DNA of 45,829 bases, taken from assembly GCA_025061095.1 (NCBI GenBank), contig JANZKB010000002.1:1-45829 (forward strand). The letters run 5' to 3'. Below, in pieces: positions 19,084 to 29,586 of this stretch; position 1 is the first letter of the stretch, and every line of letters begins with the position of its first letter. The translations under genes and the position numbers were made by a program. The notes beneath the pieces are model-generated. The model was not told the origin of the DNA. It was given only the letters and a program-made list of their open reading frames with translations, and made no database searches. This stretch comes from Candidatus Culexmicrobium thermophilum. Its GTDB lineage: Archaea; Thermoproteota; Methanomethylicia; Culexarchaeales; B10-G16.

Positions 19084-19718
19084 AGTTAATATGTAAAGGT
19101 GCTGAAGCAAATTTATATTTAGACTTCTGGTTTGGATTTAAAGTTGTCAAGAAGATTCGAATATCCAAGCCTTATAGGATTCCGGAATTGGATGAATATT
19201 TAAGGTCATATAGAACTTTTAATGAAGCCCGTCTTCTCTCATCCGCTAGGAGAGTTGGAGTTTCCACTCCAATAGTATTGGACGTTAACCCTTCATCTTA
19301 CACTCTAACCATGGAGTATATTGAAGGTGTTCTACTAAGAGATTACATGTTGAAGGCTGATGAGAAGATTCTTAAAAAACATTTTATTAAGGTGGGGGAG
19401 ATGATAGGTGTTCTCCATTCAAATGGAATATATCATGGTGATTTAACAACTTCGAATATGTTTATAGTAGATGATAATGTTTATTTGATAGATTTCGGTT
19501 TAGGCGGCTTCTCAAGGGAGGTTGAAGCATTCGGTGTGGATCTCCATTTGATGAGACGCACCCTTGAAAGCACCCATCACAATTTGGCTGAGCAATGCTT
19601 CTCCTATGTAGTAGAAGGATATAGTAGCTCCTTTGAAGATTGGAGAAGAGTTCTGAAAAAAGTTGAGGAGATTAGGCGTAGAGGCCGATATGTTGAGGAG
19701 AGGCGGCTAAGAAAATGA
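19080..19718 (+). CDS. bud32: Bud32/PRPK-type small protein kinase (KEOPS)
   Basis: GAEA..., catalytic HGDLTTSNM, and DFGL. TTG start overlaps the kae1 stop by 4 nt. Confidence 0.85.
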   Translation: MKLICKGAEANLYLDFWFGFKVVKKIRISKPYRIPELDEYLRSYRTFNEARLLSSARRVGVSTPIVLDVNPSSYTLTMEYIEGVLLRDYMLKADEKILKKHFIKVGEMIGVLHSNGIYHGDLTTSNMFIVDDNVYLIDFGLGGFSREVEAFGVDLHLMRRTLESTHHNLAEQCFSYVVEGYSSSFEDWRRVLKKVEEIRRRGRYVEERRLRK

Positions 19719-20311
19719 GTGGAGAAAAATTATATTTCATCACCGGTAATAAACATAAATTTCTTGAAGCCTCCCATATTTTATCCATATATCATATAGA
19801 ATTGGAGATGCTTAATATAGGTAAATTGGAGATTCAGTCTGACAATTTAGCTGAAATAGCTTTATTCGCCGCTAAAGATGCGTTTAAAAGAATTAGAAAA
19901 CCTCTTCTAGTGGAGGATGCAGGGCTCTTCATTAAATGTCTAAAAGGCTTTCCAGGTCCCTTCTCCTCATATGTTTACAAAACTATTGGTGTTAATGGAA
20001 TTTTAAGGTTGATGGAAGGTTTAGAGAATAGAGAAGCCTACTTTGAGTCTGCAGTTGTCTTCTGCTCCTCCCCCCAATTCTGCAAAGTATTTAGGAGGAG
20101 GATTCACGGCTACATAAGCTTGAAGGCTAAGGGAAGCGGCGGTTTCGGTTTCGATCCAATATTTATCCCTAAAGGTGGAGATGGATCTACATTTGCGGAG
20201 CTATCTCTCCAATCGAAATGTTCTTTAAGCCATAGGGGAATAGCTTTCAAAGCATTTGGAGAATGGTATAATCGCTATTTTCGAAATAAATTTAAATATT
20301 TTAGGGAGTAA
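19715..20311 (+). CDS. Non-canonical purine NTP pyrophosphatase (HAM1/ITPase family)
   Basis: FITGNKHKFLEA start, GFPGPFSSY, GFGFDPIF and LSHRG motifs. Confidence 0.85.
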   Translation: MSGEKLYFITGNKHKFLEASHILSIYHIELEMLNIGKLEIQSDNLAEIALFAAKDAFKRIRKPLLVEDAGLFIKCLKGFPGPFSSYVYKTIGVNGILRLMEGLENREAYFESAVVFCSSPQFCKVFRRRIHGYISLKAKGSGGFGFDPIFIPKGGDGSTFAELSLQSKCSLSHRGIAFKAFGEWYNRYFRNKFKYFRE

Positions 20312-20336
20312 TTCGTTAGGGATGTGAGGGATCAGT

Positions 20337-20780
20337 TTGAGGAAGAGTAAGGAGAAAGGTAAATCTCATTCAATTCGTCCGGCAAGGACGACACCGCCAA
20401 ACTGGCTGAAATATACGCCGGATGAAATTGAAAATTTAGTTATCGAATTGGCTAAGAGGGGAAATCCACCTTCAATGATAGGTTTAATTCTTAGAGATCA
20501 ATATGGCATTCCGCTTGTTAAGCAAGTTGTAGGAAAGAAGATAACTGAGATCCTTGAAGAGCATAATTTGGCATCACAGTTACCTGAAGATCTATATAAT
20601 CTGTTAAGACGTGCCGAGAGAATTAGGCGGCATTTAGAGGAGCATCCTAAAGATAAATCGAGTAGACGTGGCCTACAATTAATCGAGTCGAAAATTTGGA
20701 GATTAACTAAATATTATAGACGTATAGGTAAAATTCCACAAAATTGGTCTTATCGTTCCTATCGTTTAAGGATTTCTTAA
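20337..20780 (+). CDS. rps15: 30S ribosomal protein S15 (S13e type)
   Basis: N-terminal KGKSHS.RP and a C-terminal H..D..S.RGL..IESKI.RL.KYY pattern. Confidence 0.9.
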   Translation: MRKSKEKGKSHSIRPARTTPPNWLKYTPDEIENLVIELAKRGNPPSMIGLILRDQYGIPLVKQVVGKKITEILEEHNLASQLPEDLYNLLRRAERIRRHLEEHPKDKSSRRGLQLIESKIWRLTKYYRRIGKIPQNWSYRSYRLRIS

Positions 20781-20793
20781 TGGTTGATGAAGT

Positions 20794-22242
20794 TTGGATT
20801 CAAATAACAGTTATCCATTAAATTTTAGAGAGAGAGTTAAGGAGGCTGCTGAACTAATCTCAAAATGGGCTGAGGAAGATCTCAACGTCTCTATTTTTAC
20901 TCATCTCGACGCTGACGGTTTATCTTCAGGTGGAATTATTGCTCGAGTATTGGAAAGACTGAACGTATCCTTTAGGATTAGAGTTCTCAAACAGCTGACA
21001 GATAATGCCTTGAAGAGCTTCTCCTCCAATATTGGGGATGCTGTTATCTTCGTGGATTTCGGTAGCGGCCAAAAAAATTTAATAGTTGATCATTTATCAA
21101 GCATTAAATGCTTAATTTTGGATCATCATCAACCTATAAGTGTCGACGCCAACTTCTGTATTGAAGTTAATCCTCATCTCTTCGGTGTCGATGGTTCTAG
21201 GTTTTTAAGTTCCTCCGGAGTAGCCTATCTAGTTGCTAGAGAAATTTCTCATGAAAATTTCGATCTTTCACCTATAGCCGTCGTAGGAGCTCTAGGTGAT
21301 AGGCAGGATTGTGGAGAGAGAAAGAATTTAGTTGGTTTGAACAGTTTTATAGTCGAAGAGGCTGTAAGGGAGGGTTTCCTAGAGGTAAAGTTTGGTTTGA
21401 GGCTTTTCGGCTTCGAATCGAGACCTGTTGTTAAAAGTTTGGAGTATACTGTCGACCCTCTAATTCCAGGTTTAAGTGGAGATTACAATGCATGTTTAAA
21501 TTTTATGAAGGGGCTAGGTATTCCACCTATAAATGAGGACGGTATTCTCAGACGTCTCTCAGATCTTTCCAGCGTTGAACTGAAGCGTCTGATGATTGGA
21601 CTTGTCAAATACATGTTGAGCAAGGGAATTGAGAGCAGGGAGGCTGAGGGAATAATGGGCACAATATATATTCTTTCAAGGGAATCCTCAGATTCCCCTT
21701 TGAAGGATGCAAGAGAATATGCTTCTCTACTTAATGCTTGTGGTCGGCTAGGCTTTCCAAGTATAGGAATCCTTCTCTCCATGGGTAGGCGTGGAGAAGT
21801 CTTGAGGAGAGCTGTTGAGATCTCCGATAGATATAGGCATGAAATTGTGAGAATTATAAATTGGCTTTCGAGAAATGTGGATAAAGTTAGATCCACTGAG
21901 AATCTTCAAGTTGTTCATGCAGGCAGTATGGTCGATGATAGAATGATAGGTACTCTAATCTCTCTGGCTCTCTCTTCCCATATACTTTCTCCGAGGAAGC
22001 CTATCGTAGCCTTCGCATATTCCTCTGAAGGTAAAGTTAAAGTTTCAGCTAGAGCGGATAGATCTCTGATCGAGAAGGGGTTAAATCTGGGTTTAGCCGT
22101 TATGAAGGCAGCTCAGGCTGTAGGGGGATTAGGCGGCGGCCACGATGTTGCTGCAGGCGCTGAGATAGATAAGGGTTTAGAAGAAGATTTCATAAAAATT
22201 TTAGATGAAATTGTGGGTAAACAGTTTTCAGGTGAAGTTTAA
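20794..22242 (+). CDS. RecJ/Cdc45-like DHH-family phosphoesterase (GAN-like)
   Basis: DHH motifs HLDADGLSSG, VDFGSG and ILDHH, plus the DHHA1 motif GGGHDVAAGA. 482 aa. Confidence 0.75.
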   Translation: MDSNNSYPLNFRERVKEAAELISKWAEEDLNVSIFTHLDADGLSSGGIIARVLERLNVSFRIRVLKQLTDNALKSFSSNIGDAVIFVDFGSGQKNLIVDHLSSIKCLILDHHQPISVDANFCIEVNPHLFGVDGSRFLSSSGVAYLVAREISHENFDLSPIAVVGALGDRQDCGERKNLVGLNSFIVEEAVREGFLEVKFGLRLFGFESRPVVKSLEYTVDPLIPGLSGDYNACLNFMKGLGIPPINEDGILRRLSDLSSVELKRLMIGLVKYMLSKGIESREAEGIMGTIYILSRESSDSPLKDAREYASLLNACGRLGFPSIGILLSMGRRGEVLRRAVEISDRYRHEIVRIINWLSRNVDKVRSTENLQVVHAGSMVDDRMIGTLISLALSSHILSPRKPIVAFAYSSEGKVKVSARADRSLIEKGLNLGLAVMKAAQAVGGLGGGHDVAAGAEIDKGLEEDFIKILDEIVGKQFSGEV

Positions 22243-22484
22243 TGGTGCATATAGCAGAGTTAACTATATGTCTAGATGAAAAGTTGACGAATGTTATCTA
22301 TAAATCTCTACTTCCAGACAATGTGGATCTCCCGGAATCTCTTAGTATTCACATGGCCATTTACGGTTCATGTCTTAACATCAAGGTTGAGTGTGGTAGA
22401 AGTTTAGCCTCGCTTCTCAACACGTTGGATGATATTCTTTCAAGTATTCAAATAGCTGTAAAATCCATAGGTTCATCGCGATAA
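22242..22484 (+). CDS. pcc1: KEOPS subunit Pcc1-like protein
   Basis: 80 aa. Start overlaps the upstream stop (TAATG). Pattern A.I.....L...IYKSL.P....P......... L.I.V.. ...ASL.NTLD..L resembles Pcc1. kae1 and bud32 lie 3 kb upstream. Assignment from memory only. Confidence 0.5.
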   Translation: MVHIAELTICLDEKLTNVIYKSLLPDNVDLPESLSIHMAIYGSCLNIKVECGRSLASLLNTLDDILSSIQIAVKSIGSSR

Positions 22485-22537
22485 AGATTATAAGTGTGAT
22501 TTACATATTGACGTAACGCTGAGATTGGAGGGTTTCC

Positions 22538-23125
22538 ATGTCTAGGAGAGGAAGAGCTAGAGATAAGTGGAGATTGAAGAAGTGGTATGTGGTTAAAGCT
22601 TCCACAGCTTTCGGCGAGGTTGAACTTGGAAGGATACCTGCAGATGATCCTTCAAAACTTTATGGAAGGGTTGTTGAATCCTCTCTAAGCGATCTCACAG
22701 GGGATTTTTCACTTCTCCATGTTAAATTATATTTTCAAATAGTTAAAGTTGAGGATTCTCGTTGTGAAACGGTCTTTAAAGGTCATGATTTGACGAGGGA
22801 TTATCTTAGAAGTTTAATTAGACGTGGAAGTTCCCGTATAGACGGTATATTTAAAGTTACAACTAAGGATGGCTATGTTCTAAGAGTTTCAGCAATAGCT
22901 CTCACTAGGCATAGAACTAAAACTTCTCAGGAAAGGGCTATCAGAAAGATCATGGGTGAAATTATCACTTCGAAGGCTGAAGAGTTGAATTTTGACGAGT
23001 TTATTCAGCAGGCCGTTTTAGGTAAAATAGCATCTGAAATATATAATGAAGCTAAAAAGATATATCCTTTAAGAAAAGTTGAAGTTAGAAAGAGCAAACT
23101 TCTCTCCATGCCTCAAAATAATTAA
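22538..23125 (+). CDS. rps3ae: 30S ribosomal protein S3Ae (eS1)
   Basis: [18 protein letters not shown] start is typical of S3Ae. GGAGGG RBS. Confidence 0.9.
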   Translation: MSRRGRARDKWRLKKWYVVKASTAFGEVELGRIPADDPSKLYGRVVESSLSDLTGDFSLLHVKLYFQIVKVEDSRCETVFKGHDLTRDYLRSLIRRGSSRIDGIFKVTTKDGYVLRVSAIALTRHRTKTSQERAIRKIMGEIITSKAEELNFDEFIQQAVLGKIASEIYNEAKKIYPLRKVEVRKSKLLSMPQNN

Positions 23126-23230
23126 ATTCCATTTAACTCTTCTATTCAACATTGCATTATTATATCGTCCAATTCACATTATATTATGATTGTCGGTTAA
23201 AATGTTCGACTTTCATGTAATGGTGATTTA

Positions 23231-24814
23231 ATGCTTATCAACGAGTTAAATACTGTGAAAAAGAACTTGAGAGATGTTGCACTATCATTTGCCCTCTGCT
23301 ATCCAAGCTTCTATAGGATTGGCATTTCCTCTCTGGCCGTCCACTTACTTTATGAACTGTTAAATTCCAGAGGGGACGTAGCTTGTGAACGTTTCTTCTA
23401 TGATAATGGGTTACCATTAAAATCCATGGAGTCCGCTCTACCTTTAAATAGATTTGATGTTTTAGGTTTCTCTCTTCAATATGAACTCGATTATATATCG
23501 TTCTTAAAGATGCTTCTAGAAGGTGAGATTCCAGTATACTCCTCAAGTAGAGGTGATGATGATCCTTTAGTAATTGTAGGCGGTTCAGCTGTAACAGCAA
23601 ATCCTGAGCCGATTTCAGCTTTTGCTGATGCAATTGTGATCGGAGAGGTTGAACCTATACTGGACGATCTCGTCGAGATCTTAGCTGGCAACTCCAATTC
23701 TCGTAAAATGGATATTTTAGAAGAGCTTTCTACGCTTCCAGGTTTATATGTGCCTCTCGTTAAGCGATCTGTGAGAAGAATTTTCGCCGAAGATTTAGAC
23801 TCCGCTTTCCATTCTCTTAGACAGGTAATACCTAATGTTAATTCTGGAAGTAGATTTTACCCCATTTTGGGAAGATCATTTCTACTCGAAATCTCGAGGG
23901 GATGCGCTTTTGGATGCAGATTCTGCCTTCTCGGTTATAATGCTTTACCTATGAGGTTCAGATCCTTTGAGAAGCTTAAAACTATAATTGATAGAGGCTT
24001 AAAATATACGCCTGTCGGAAAGATTTCAATTATAGGCTCAGCGGCTTCAGCTCATCCCGAACTCATAGATATCTGTAAATATATAGTTTCATCCGGATTT
24101 AAATTGTCCATTTCATCTTTAAGAGTGGACTATGCAGATGAGGATATGTTAAAAATGCTTGTAAATGGAGGTCAGAGAACTGTAACTTTCGCACCTGAAT
24201 CTGCTTCCTCAAAGCTTCTTGGGATTATAGGTAAAGGCTTCCAAGTTGAGGATGTTTTGGAGGCTGCCAAAGCTGCTGGAAAAGCTGGTTTTAAACAGAT
24301 AAAACTGTATTTCATGTTAGGTTTGCCTGGAGAATCTTTAAGCGATATTGCAGAAATAGTGAAACTTGTAAAGAGAATCACCAACTATGGTTTCAACGGT
24401 TTGAGAAGTATAAGGCTAACCTTTTCGCCGTTTGTTCCAAAGGCTGGTACTCCTTTCCAATGGTTCGGCGTTGAGGAACCATCAATCCTTAAATCCAAGT
24501 TCAACCTTCTTAAGATGCATTTAAAAGGTGATTCAAGATTTGATTTAAGATTTCCACGGTTAAGGGAAATTTACATTCAATCATTTCTTTCAAGATCGGA
24601 TTCCACGGTTGCACCTATTCTTCTCAGAGTAGCTGAGCTTGGCGGCGGTTTAGGTGCTTGGCGTCGGGTTGAAAAGGAATTCAATTTTTCAATTGTCAAT
24701 CGAGCAGTCTCCAATCTTAACTTAAATGCAGATCTTCCATGGGATCATATAGATCGCGATTTCCCAAAAAGTCTTCTTTTAAAGGAATTGAAAGATTCAG
24801 GTTTAAATTTATGA
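23231..24814 (+). CDS. Radical SAM protein with N-terminal B12-binding-like domain (TIGR03960-like, from memory)
   Basis: CxxxCxxC cluster motif (GCAFGCRFC). N-terminus ..LCYPSFYRIGISSLAVHLLYELLN...DVACERFF resembles that uncharacterised rSAM family. Confidence 0.8.
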   Translation: MLINELNTVKKNLRDVALSFALCYPSFYRIGISSLAVHLLYELLNSRGDVACERFFYDNGLPLKSMESALPLNRFDVLGFSLQYELDYISFLKMLLEGEIPVYSSSRGDDDPLVIVGGSAVTANPEPISAFADAIVIGEVEPILDDLVEILAGNSNSRKMDILEELSTLPGLYVPLVKRSVRRIFAEDLDSAFHSLRQVIPNVNSGSRFYPILGRSFLLEISRGCAFGCRFCLLGYNALPMRFRSFEKLKTIIDRGLKYTPVGKISIIGSAASAHPELIDICKYIVSSGFKLSISSLRVDYADEDMLKMLVNGGQRTVTFAPESASSKLLGIIGKGFQVEDVLEAAKAAGKAGFKQIKLYFMLGLPGESLSDIAEIVKLVKRITNYGFNGLRSIRLTFSPFVPKAGTPFQWFGVEEPSILKSKFNLLKMHLKGDSRFDLRFPRLREIYIQSFLSRSDSTVAPILLRVAELGGGLGAWRRVEKEFNFSIVNRAVSNLNLNADLPWDHIDRDFPKSLLLKELKDSGLNL

Positions 24815-24830
24815 GAGTATATTTTTAAGT

Positions 24831-25217
24831 GTGAGCGTAAATCTTTTAGTAGGTGTCCCTGTGGTCTTCCATCATGATATTCTTAAACGATACTTCACCT
24901 CTCTCGCCGAAGAATTGGAGAAGAGTTCTCATTTAACCGTTAAGCTTCCAGTTTCTCTAAATAAGTCGAATAAATGTTTGAAGCCAAAGTTTCAGGGCTA
25001 TATCCCCACAGTTATCGATTTCATTAGACGCTGTGATACTGATGAAGAAGCTCTAGAGATAATTAACTTTCTAGAGAAACGGGGCAAAATATCGGGCAAC
25101 TATGCTGATGCTCTGAAATCGCTTCTCAGAAAGGGTGGCGTGAGAATCTTCGGCTCAAAAAAGAGTCCAGGATGGTACTTTAAGGAGGATCCATATTTCT
25201 CTAAAACTGATAAATAG
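24831..25217 (+). CDS. Conserved archaeal hypothetical protein (DUF2095-like, from memory)
   Basis: 128 aa. PTVIDFIRRCDTDEEALEIINFLEKRGKIS...GVRIFGSKKSPGWYF block. 16 nt after the rSAM gene. Confidence 0.45.
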   Translation: MSVNLLVGVPVVFHHDILKRYFTSLAEELEKSSHLTVKLPVSLNKSNKCLKPKFQGYIPTVIDFIRRCDTDEEALEIINFLEKRGKISGNYADALKSLLRKGGVRIFGSKKSPGWYFKEDPYFSKTDK

Positions 25218-25364
25218 TTGTCATCAAAGGAATAGTTGAAATGAATGAAAATCCAGAATTTCTTGAATCTGCTTACCGCGTACCTGAAATTTTTCAGATC
25301 GTTATATTTGAATAATAATGTCAATGTTGAGCATAGCATTTATTTCATCTTAACATGAGTAAAA

Positions 25365-26597
25365 CTATCTAGATTTTGCTGAGATTATCTTTATAACGTC
25401 ATTCATCTTCAACCTATAATTTTCTCCATATCTCATCTTTGTTCTCGCATCTACTGCACATATAAATGTTTCACCAAGTTCTTGATGAATCATGTAGGCT
25501 AATTCTCTTGCGGTGGTTCCCTCTCTTATCAATAGCGCGTCTGGAAGTACATTTCCATGATGATCAGATAATCTATTTATGTCTTCCACTGGAAAAACCA
25601 CTATCATCTTTAAAAGTTTCAGAAATGCTTCATTTATTATTTGTTGCACACCTGTATTTCCCCAAATATCGAGCACTTTTTCCTGAATTATCTTCAATGC
25701 TCTTCTCTGCTGCTCGGTTAACTTGCCTTCATTTATCACTTTGAATTCACCGTCTCCTGGAATATACTCTACTAATCCTCTTTCCGCTGCTCTTCTCAGC
25801 ACTAGTTCAGCCTCCGCGCTGCATGGCATTATCCTATATTTCTCCCCATATTTTTCCTTCATTTTTTCTATGTTTTCTCTTGCTGTTGAGATGTCCACTT
25901 TGTTTGCAGCTATGATCATAGGTTTCGATATTTCTCTAATCTTCCTTGAAAATGCTTCTATATCTTCTTCTCTCCAATTGGAGAGTTTCTTTCCCTTCAA
26001 ACCAGTTTCATTCAACGCTTTCACTACATCTTCTCTTCTAATTTTTAATCCGCTTAACCGTTCATATAACGTGTTGATTTCATCGCCCCCCATATGTTCA
26101 GCTTGTCTAACTGTTCTTCTCCAATCTCTTAACATTATCTGCTTTATCCACATGGCGATCTCCTTTTCCAGGAATTCTATGTCTTTGCAGGGATCATGTG
26201 TTCCCGGAGGTGTTCTTCTTCCCTCAATATCTGTGGATCCTGAAGCATCAACTACATGTATCAGGATATCCGCCCTTCTCAATTCATCTAGAAATTTATT
26301 TCCAAGTCCTCTCCCCCTCCATGCTTCAGGCACCAGTCCAGCTACGTCGACGATCTCAACAGGAATCATCCGATTCCCCCTTATACATATGGAGTTTTTC
26401 GGATTGTCTTCAACGTTAAATTCTCTGCATACACATTTGACTCTCACATAGGCGACGCCTTTATTCGCTTCAATGGTTGTGAATGGGAATGGAGCTATTT
26501 TTACCGGGTTTAAAGTTGCAGCGCTGAAGAATGTGGATTTTCCTGTGTTCGGCTTCCCTACAAGTCCAGCCATTCTCGGCATCAGCTCTACCCTCAT
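25365..26597 (-). CDS. ychF: YchF/OLA1-type P-loop GTPase/ATPase with C-terminal TGS-like domain
   Basis: GLVGKPNTGKSTFF, DVAGLV and the archaeal YchF insert with CVC...NP.N.IC. Start trimmed to Met35 (26597; Met40 or Met43 also possible), because the ORF-track start at 26699 would overlap the divergent gene at 26642. Confidence 0.8.
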   Translation of the reverse strand: MRVELMPRMAGLVGKPNTGKSTFFSAATLNPVKIAPFPFTTIEANKGVAYVRVKCVCREFNVEDNPKNSICIRGNRMIPVEIVDVAGLVPEAWRGRGLGNKFLDELRRADILIHVVDASGSTDIEGRRTPPGTHDPCKDIEFLEKEIAMWIKQIMLRDWRRTVRQAEHMGGDEINTLYERLSGLKIRREDVVKALNETGLKGKKLSNWREEDIEAFSRKIREISKPMIIAANKVDISTARENIEKMKEKYGEKYRIMPCSAEAELVLRRAAERGLVEYIPGDGEFKVINEGKLTEQQRRALKIIQEKVLDIWGNTGVQQIINEAFLKLLKMIVVFPVEDINRLSDHHGNVLPDALLIREGTTARELAYMIHQELGETFICAVDARTKMRYGENYRLKMNDVIKIISAKSR

Positions 26598-26641
26598 ATT
26601 TTTAAGTATTTCTTCTTTTATTTTAATTTGGGTGTTCAATA

Positions 26642-27973
26642 ATGCGTATAGTGGTTGTAGGTTTAGGTGCTGCAGGTTTATGGTCTGCAATTTCTGCAAG
26701 GATGAAGGATTCCTCCGCCGACATATATGCTTTCTGCGACGAAAAATATTTTACATATTCTAGATGTGGTTTACCCTTTGTTATTGGCGGTGAAATCTTA
26801 AGATTTAACAATTTAATTATAACGTCGGAAGATATTCTCAAGAGGATGAGGATAAATTTCAAATTGAACTGTAGAGTAACCGACGTCGTCAAGGATACTG
26901 TTTATTATGATTCTGAGAATGGCAGCGGCCAGTTAAAGTTTGATTCTTTAATTTTAGCGACAGGCTCTAAACCATTCATCCCTCCCATTAAAGGCGTAAA
27001 TCTCACAAATGTTTTCACTTTAAGAACCATTGATGATGGTGCAAAAATATTGAATGCTTTAAACAGCACTAAGAGAAGCATCATTATAGGTGCTGGAGCC
27101 ATAGGGTTGGAAGTTGCTGAAGCCCTTACCAGAAGAGGATTAGAGGTTAAAATAGTCGAACTTCTACCTAGAGTTCTTCCAGCATTATTGGATGAAGATA
27201 TGGCTAAAATCGTTCAGAAAAGATTGGAGTCGAATGGAGTTTCTCTAATTTTAGGGCGAGGAGTCGACGAGATCTATGGATCTGGAAAAGTGGAAGGTGT
27301 GGCTGTCGGTGACGAAAACTTTCAATGCGACATGGTGATTGTGGCTACTGGTGTAAGACCGAATGTAGATCTAGCCAAAAACATTGGAGTGAATCTTGGA
27401 GTTACAGGCGGAATTAAAACCAGCAAACTAATGGAAACCAACATTGAAGGAGTCTTCGCCGCTGGAGATTGTGCTGAAACCGTCCACCTTGTAAATGGGA
27501 AACCTTTCCTTCCAATGCTTGGAACTTCGGCTTACAGGCAGGGTAAAGTTGCAGGTTTCAATGCAGCTGGAGGTTCCAGAATTTTTCCAGGTTCTTTAGG
27601 TTCCACAGTTCTAAAAGTTTTCGGAGTTGAGATAGGTTCTACAGGTTTAACTGTTGAGCGAGCTGTAAAGGAAGGTTTCAAAGTGGTGGTTGGAAAGGTT
27701 AGATGGTATACTAAAGCGGAATATTATCCTACACATGAGAAGATTAATGTTAAATTGGTTTTCGACGGGGAGAGTGGAAGAATTATAGGAGGACAGATCG
27801 TTGGTGGTGAAGATGTAGCTCAAAGAGTAAATCTTCTAGCAGCCTCCATTGGATGGGGAATGAAAGTTGAAGATCTCTGCAATATAGATACATGTTACAG
27901 TCCCCCTGTCGCCGACACCATTGAACCCATCGTCAGAGCCTCTGAACTTGCGTTCAGAAAATTTAAGAGGTGA
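26642..27973 (+). CDS. FAD-dependent pyridine nucleotide-disulfide oxidoreductase (NADH oxidase / CoA-disulfide reductase family)
   Basis: MRIVVVGLGAAG dinucleotide fold, single redox Cys in YSRCGLPF, second Rossmann IIGAGAIGLE, and AAGDCA. Confidence 0.8.
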   Translation: MRIVVVGLGAAGLWSAISARMKDSSADIYAFCDEKYFTYSRCGLPFVIGGEILRFNNLIITSEDILKRMRINFKLNCRVTDVVKDTVYYDSENGSGQLKFDSLILATGSKPFIPPIKGVNLTNVFTLRTIDDGAKILNALNSTKRSIIIGAGAIGLEVAEALTRRGLEVKIVELLPRVLPALLDEDMAKIVQKRLESNGVSLILGRGVDEIYGSGKVEGVAVGDENFQCDMVIVATGVRPNVDLAKNIGVNLGVTGGIKTSKLMETNIEGVFAAGDCAETVHLVNGKPFLPMLGTSAYRQGKVAGFNAAGGSRIFPGSLGSTVLKVFGVEIGSTGLTVERAVKEGFKVVVGKVRWYTKAEYYPTHEKINVKLVFDGESGRIIGGQIVGGEDVAQRVNLLAASIGWGMKVEDLCNIDTCYSPPVADTIEPIVRASELAFRKFKR

Positions 27974-27999
27974 AAAATATATTTTAAGGTGATGTCTAC

Positions 28000-28932
28000 T
28001 TGAAAATCCTAATAACTGATCCCGTACATGAAGATGGAATAGAAAGGTTAAAGTCTGCAGGCTTTCAAGTGGACTTAGCATACGACATCACATATGATGA
28101 ACTTGTGAAGCGGGTTAAAGATTATCATGGCCTCGTCGTTAGAAGTAGAACTAAAGTTGACAGAGCTGTAATTGCCTCTGCTCCCAATCTGCTTTTCATC
28201 GGCAGGGCTGGTGTAGGCCTCGACAATATAGATTTAGAGGCTGCAAAGGAGAGAAATATAATTGTATTAAACAGTCCTGAAGCTCCAACAATATCTGTGG
28301 CTGAGTTGGTATTCGGCCTCCTTCTATCACTTGCAAGGAAGATAGCCTTCTGCGATAGATTGATGAAGGCAGGTGAATGGCCTAAAAAGAGAGCTTTAGG
28401 CTTCGAACTTAAAGGTAAAACTTTAGGCATCATAGGGCTAGGTAGAATTGGAAGGGAAGTGGCAAAGAGGGCTGAAGCATTTGAAATGAAAGTTCTCTAT
28501 TATGATGTTCAGCGTCTCCCAGAGGAGATGGAGAAGTCGCTGAAAGTTCAATTCGTCGAGTTAACCGAACTATTAAAATCTTCAGATATAGTTACCGTCC
28601 ACGTTCCTCTGATACCTCAAACATATCATATGATTGATGATGCAAAACTTTCGTTAATGAGAAAAGGATCCATTCTAATCAACACCTCTAGGGGTGGAGT
28701 CATAGATACTAAAGCGCTTCTGAAGCATCTGAAGAACGGTCATCTTGGAGGTGCCTGTCTAGATGTCTTTGAACATGAACCTCCCAAAGAGCCTTGGGAG
28801 CTGGAATTAATATCTTTAGACAATGTAGTTGTAACTTCACATATAGGTGCAATGACCGTTGAGGCTCAAAGAGCTGCCTCAACAATTTTAGCCGAGAAAA
28901 TAATATCAACTTTTAAAGGAAAAACTTTATAA
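28000..28932 (+). CDS. D-isomer-specific 2-hydroxyacid dehydrogenase (phosphoglycerate dehydrogenase-like, no ACT domain)
   Basis: GIIGLGRIGREVAKRA NAD motif, NTSRGGVID, LDVFEHEP, and catalytic His in TSHIGAMT. 310 aa. Confidence 0.8.
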   Translation: MKILITDPVHEDGIERLKSAGFQVDLAYDITYDELVKRVKDYHGLVVRSRTKVDRAVIASAPNLLFIGRAGVGLDNIDLEAAKERNIIVLNSPEAPTISVAELVFGLLLSLARKIAFCDRLMKAGEWPKKRALGFELKGKTLGIIGLGRIGREVAKRAEAFEMKVLYYDVQRLPEEMEKSLKVQFVELTELLKSSDIVTVHVPLIPQTYHMIDDAKLSLMRKGSILINTSRGGVIDTKALLKHLKNGHLGGACLDVFEHEPPKEPWELELISLDNVVVTSHIGAMTVEAQRAASTILAEKIISTFKGKTL

Positions 28933-28980
28933 CCTATTTTTGGAACTGCTATGCAGTATATTCTAAACCTGTAGTGTCTG

Positions 28981-29577
28981 GTGGCATCCATGTACAAGTA
29001 CATTGCTTCGCTTTGGAAGAGGTCTGGAAGAAGCCCTCTCCAGGAAATTTTAAAGTCCAGATTGATTAGATGGCGTAAACAGCCAGTTGTTGTACGTGTA
29101 GATAAACCGTTAAGATTGAATAGGGCTAGAGCTTTAGGCTATAAGGCGAAACAGGGTTTCATTACAGTTAGAGTTCGCGTTAGAAAAGGTTCTATGAGTA
29201 AACCTAGACCTAGAAGTGGTAGAAGACCTAAACGTATGGGCGTCTATGGTCATACTCCTAGAAAAAGTCTCCAGTGGATTGCAGAGGAGAAAGCTGCTAG
29301 AAAATATCCGAACCTAGAGGTTCTAGGCAGCTATTGGGTGGGAGAGGATGGAAGATACAAATGGTTTGAGGTTATACTTGTCGATTCCCATCATCCAGCT
29401 GTCATCAACGATCCTGACATCAATTGGATATGTAATCCTTCTCAAAAGGGGAGAGTTTTTAGAGGATTAACCCCTGCCGGCCGAAAATCTAGGGGATTAA
29501 CTGTTAAAGGGAAGAGAGCTGTGAAGGTTCGGCCTAGTAGGGCTGCAGCTATGAAACGTAAATTTAAGGGAAAATAA
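28981..29577 (+). CDS. rpl15e: 50S ribosomal protein L15e (start GTG 28981 or ATG 28990)
   Basis: [35 protein letters not shown] and RVRVRKG motifs. Confidence 0.9.
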   Translation: MASMYKYIASLWKRSGRSPLQEILKSRLIRWRKQPVVVRVDKPLRLNRARALGYKAKQGFITVRVRVRKGSMSKPRPRSGRRPKRMGVYGHTPRKSLQWIAEEKAARKYPNLEVLGSYWVGEDGRYKWFEVILVDSHHPAVINDPDINWICNPSQKGRVFRGLTPAGRKSRGLTVKGKRAVKVRPSRAAAMKRKFKGK

Positions 29578-29586
29578 ATTGGGATT

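Noticed and set aside
25723-26451. 242-aa + strand ORF
   Set aside because: It lies entirely antisense to the well-supported ychF gene. The sequence is low-complexity and S/L/F-rich, typical of a shadow frame.
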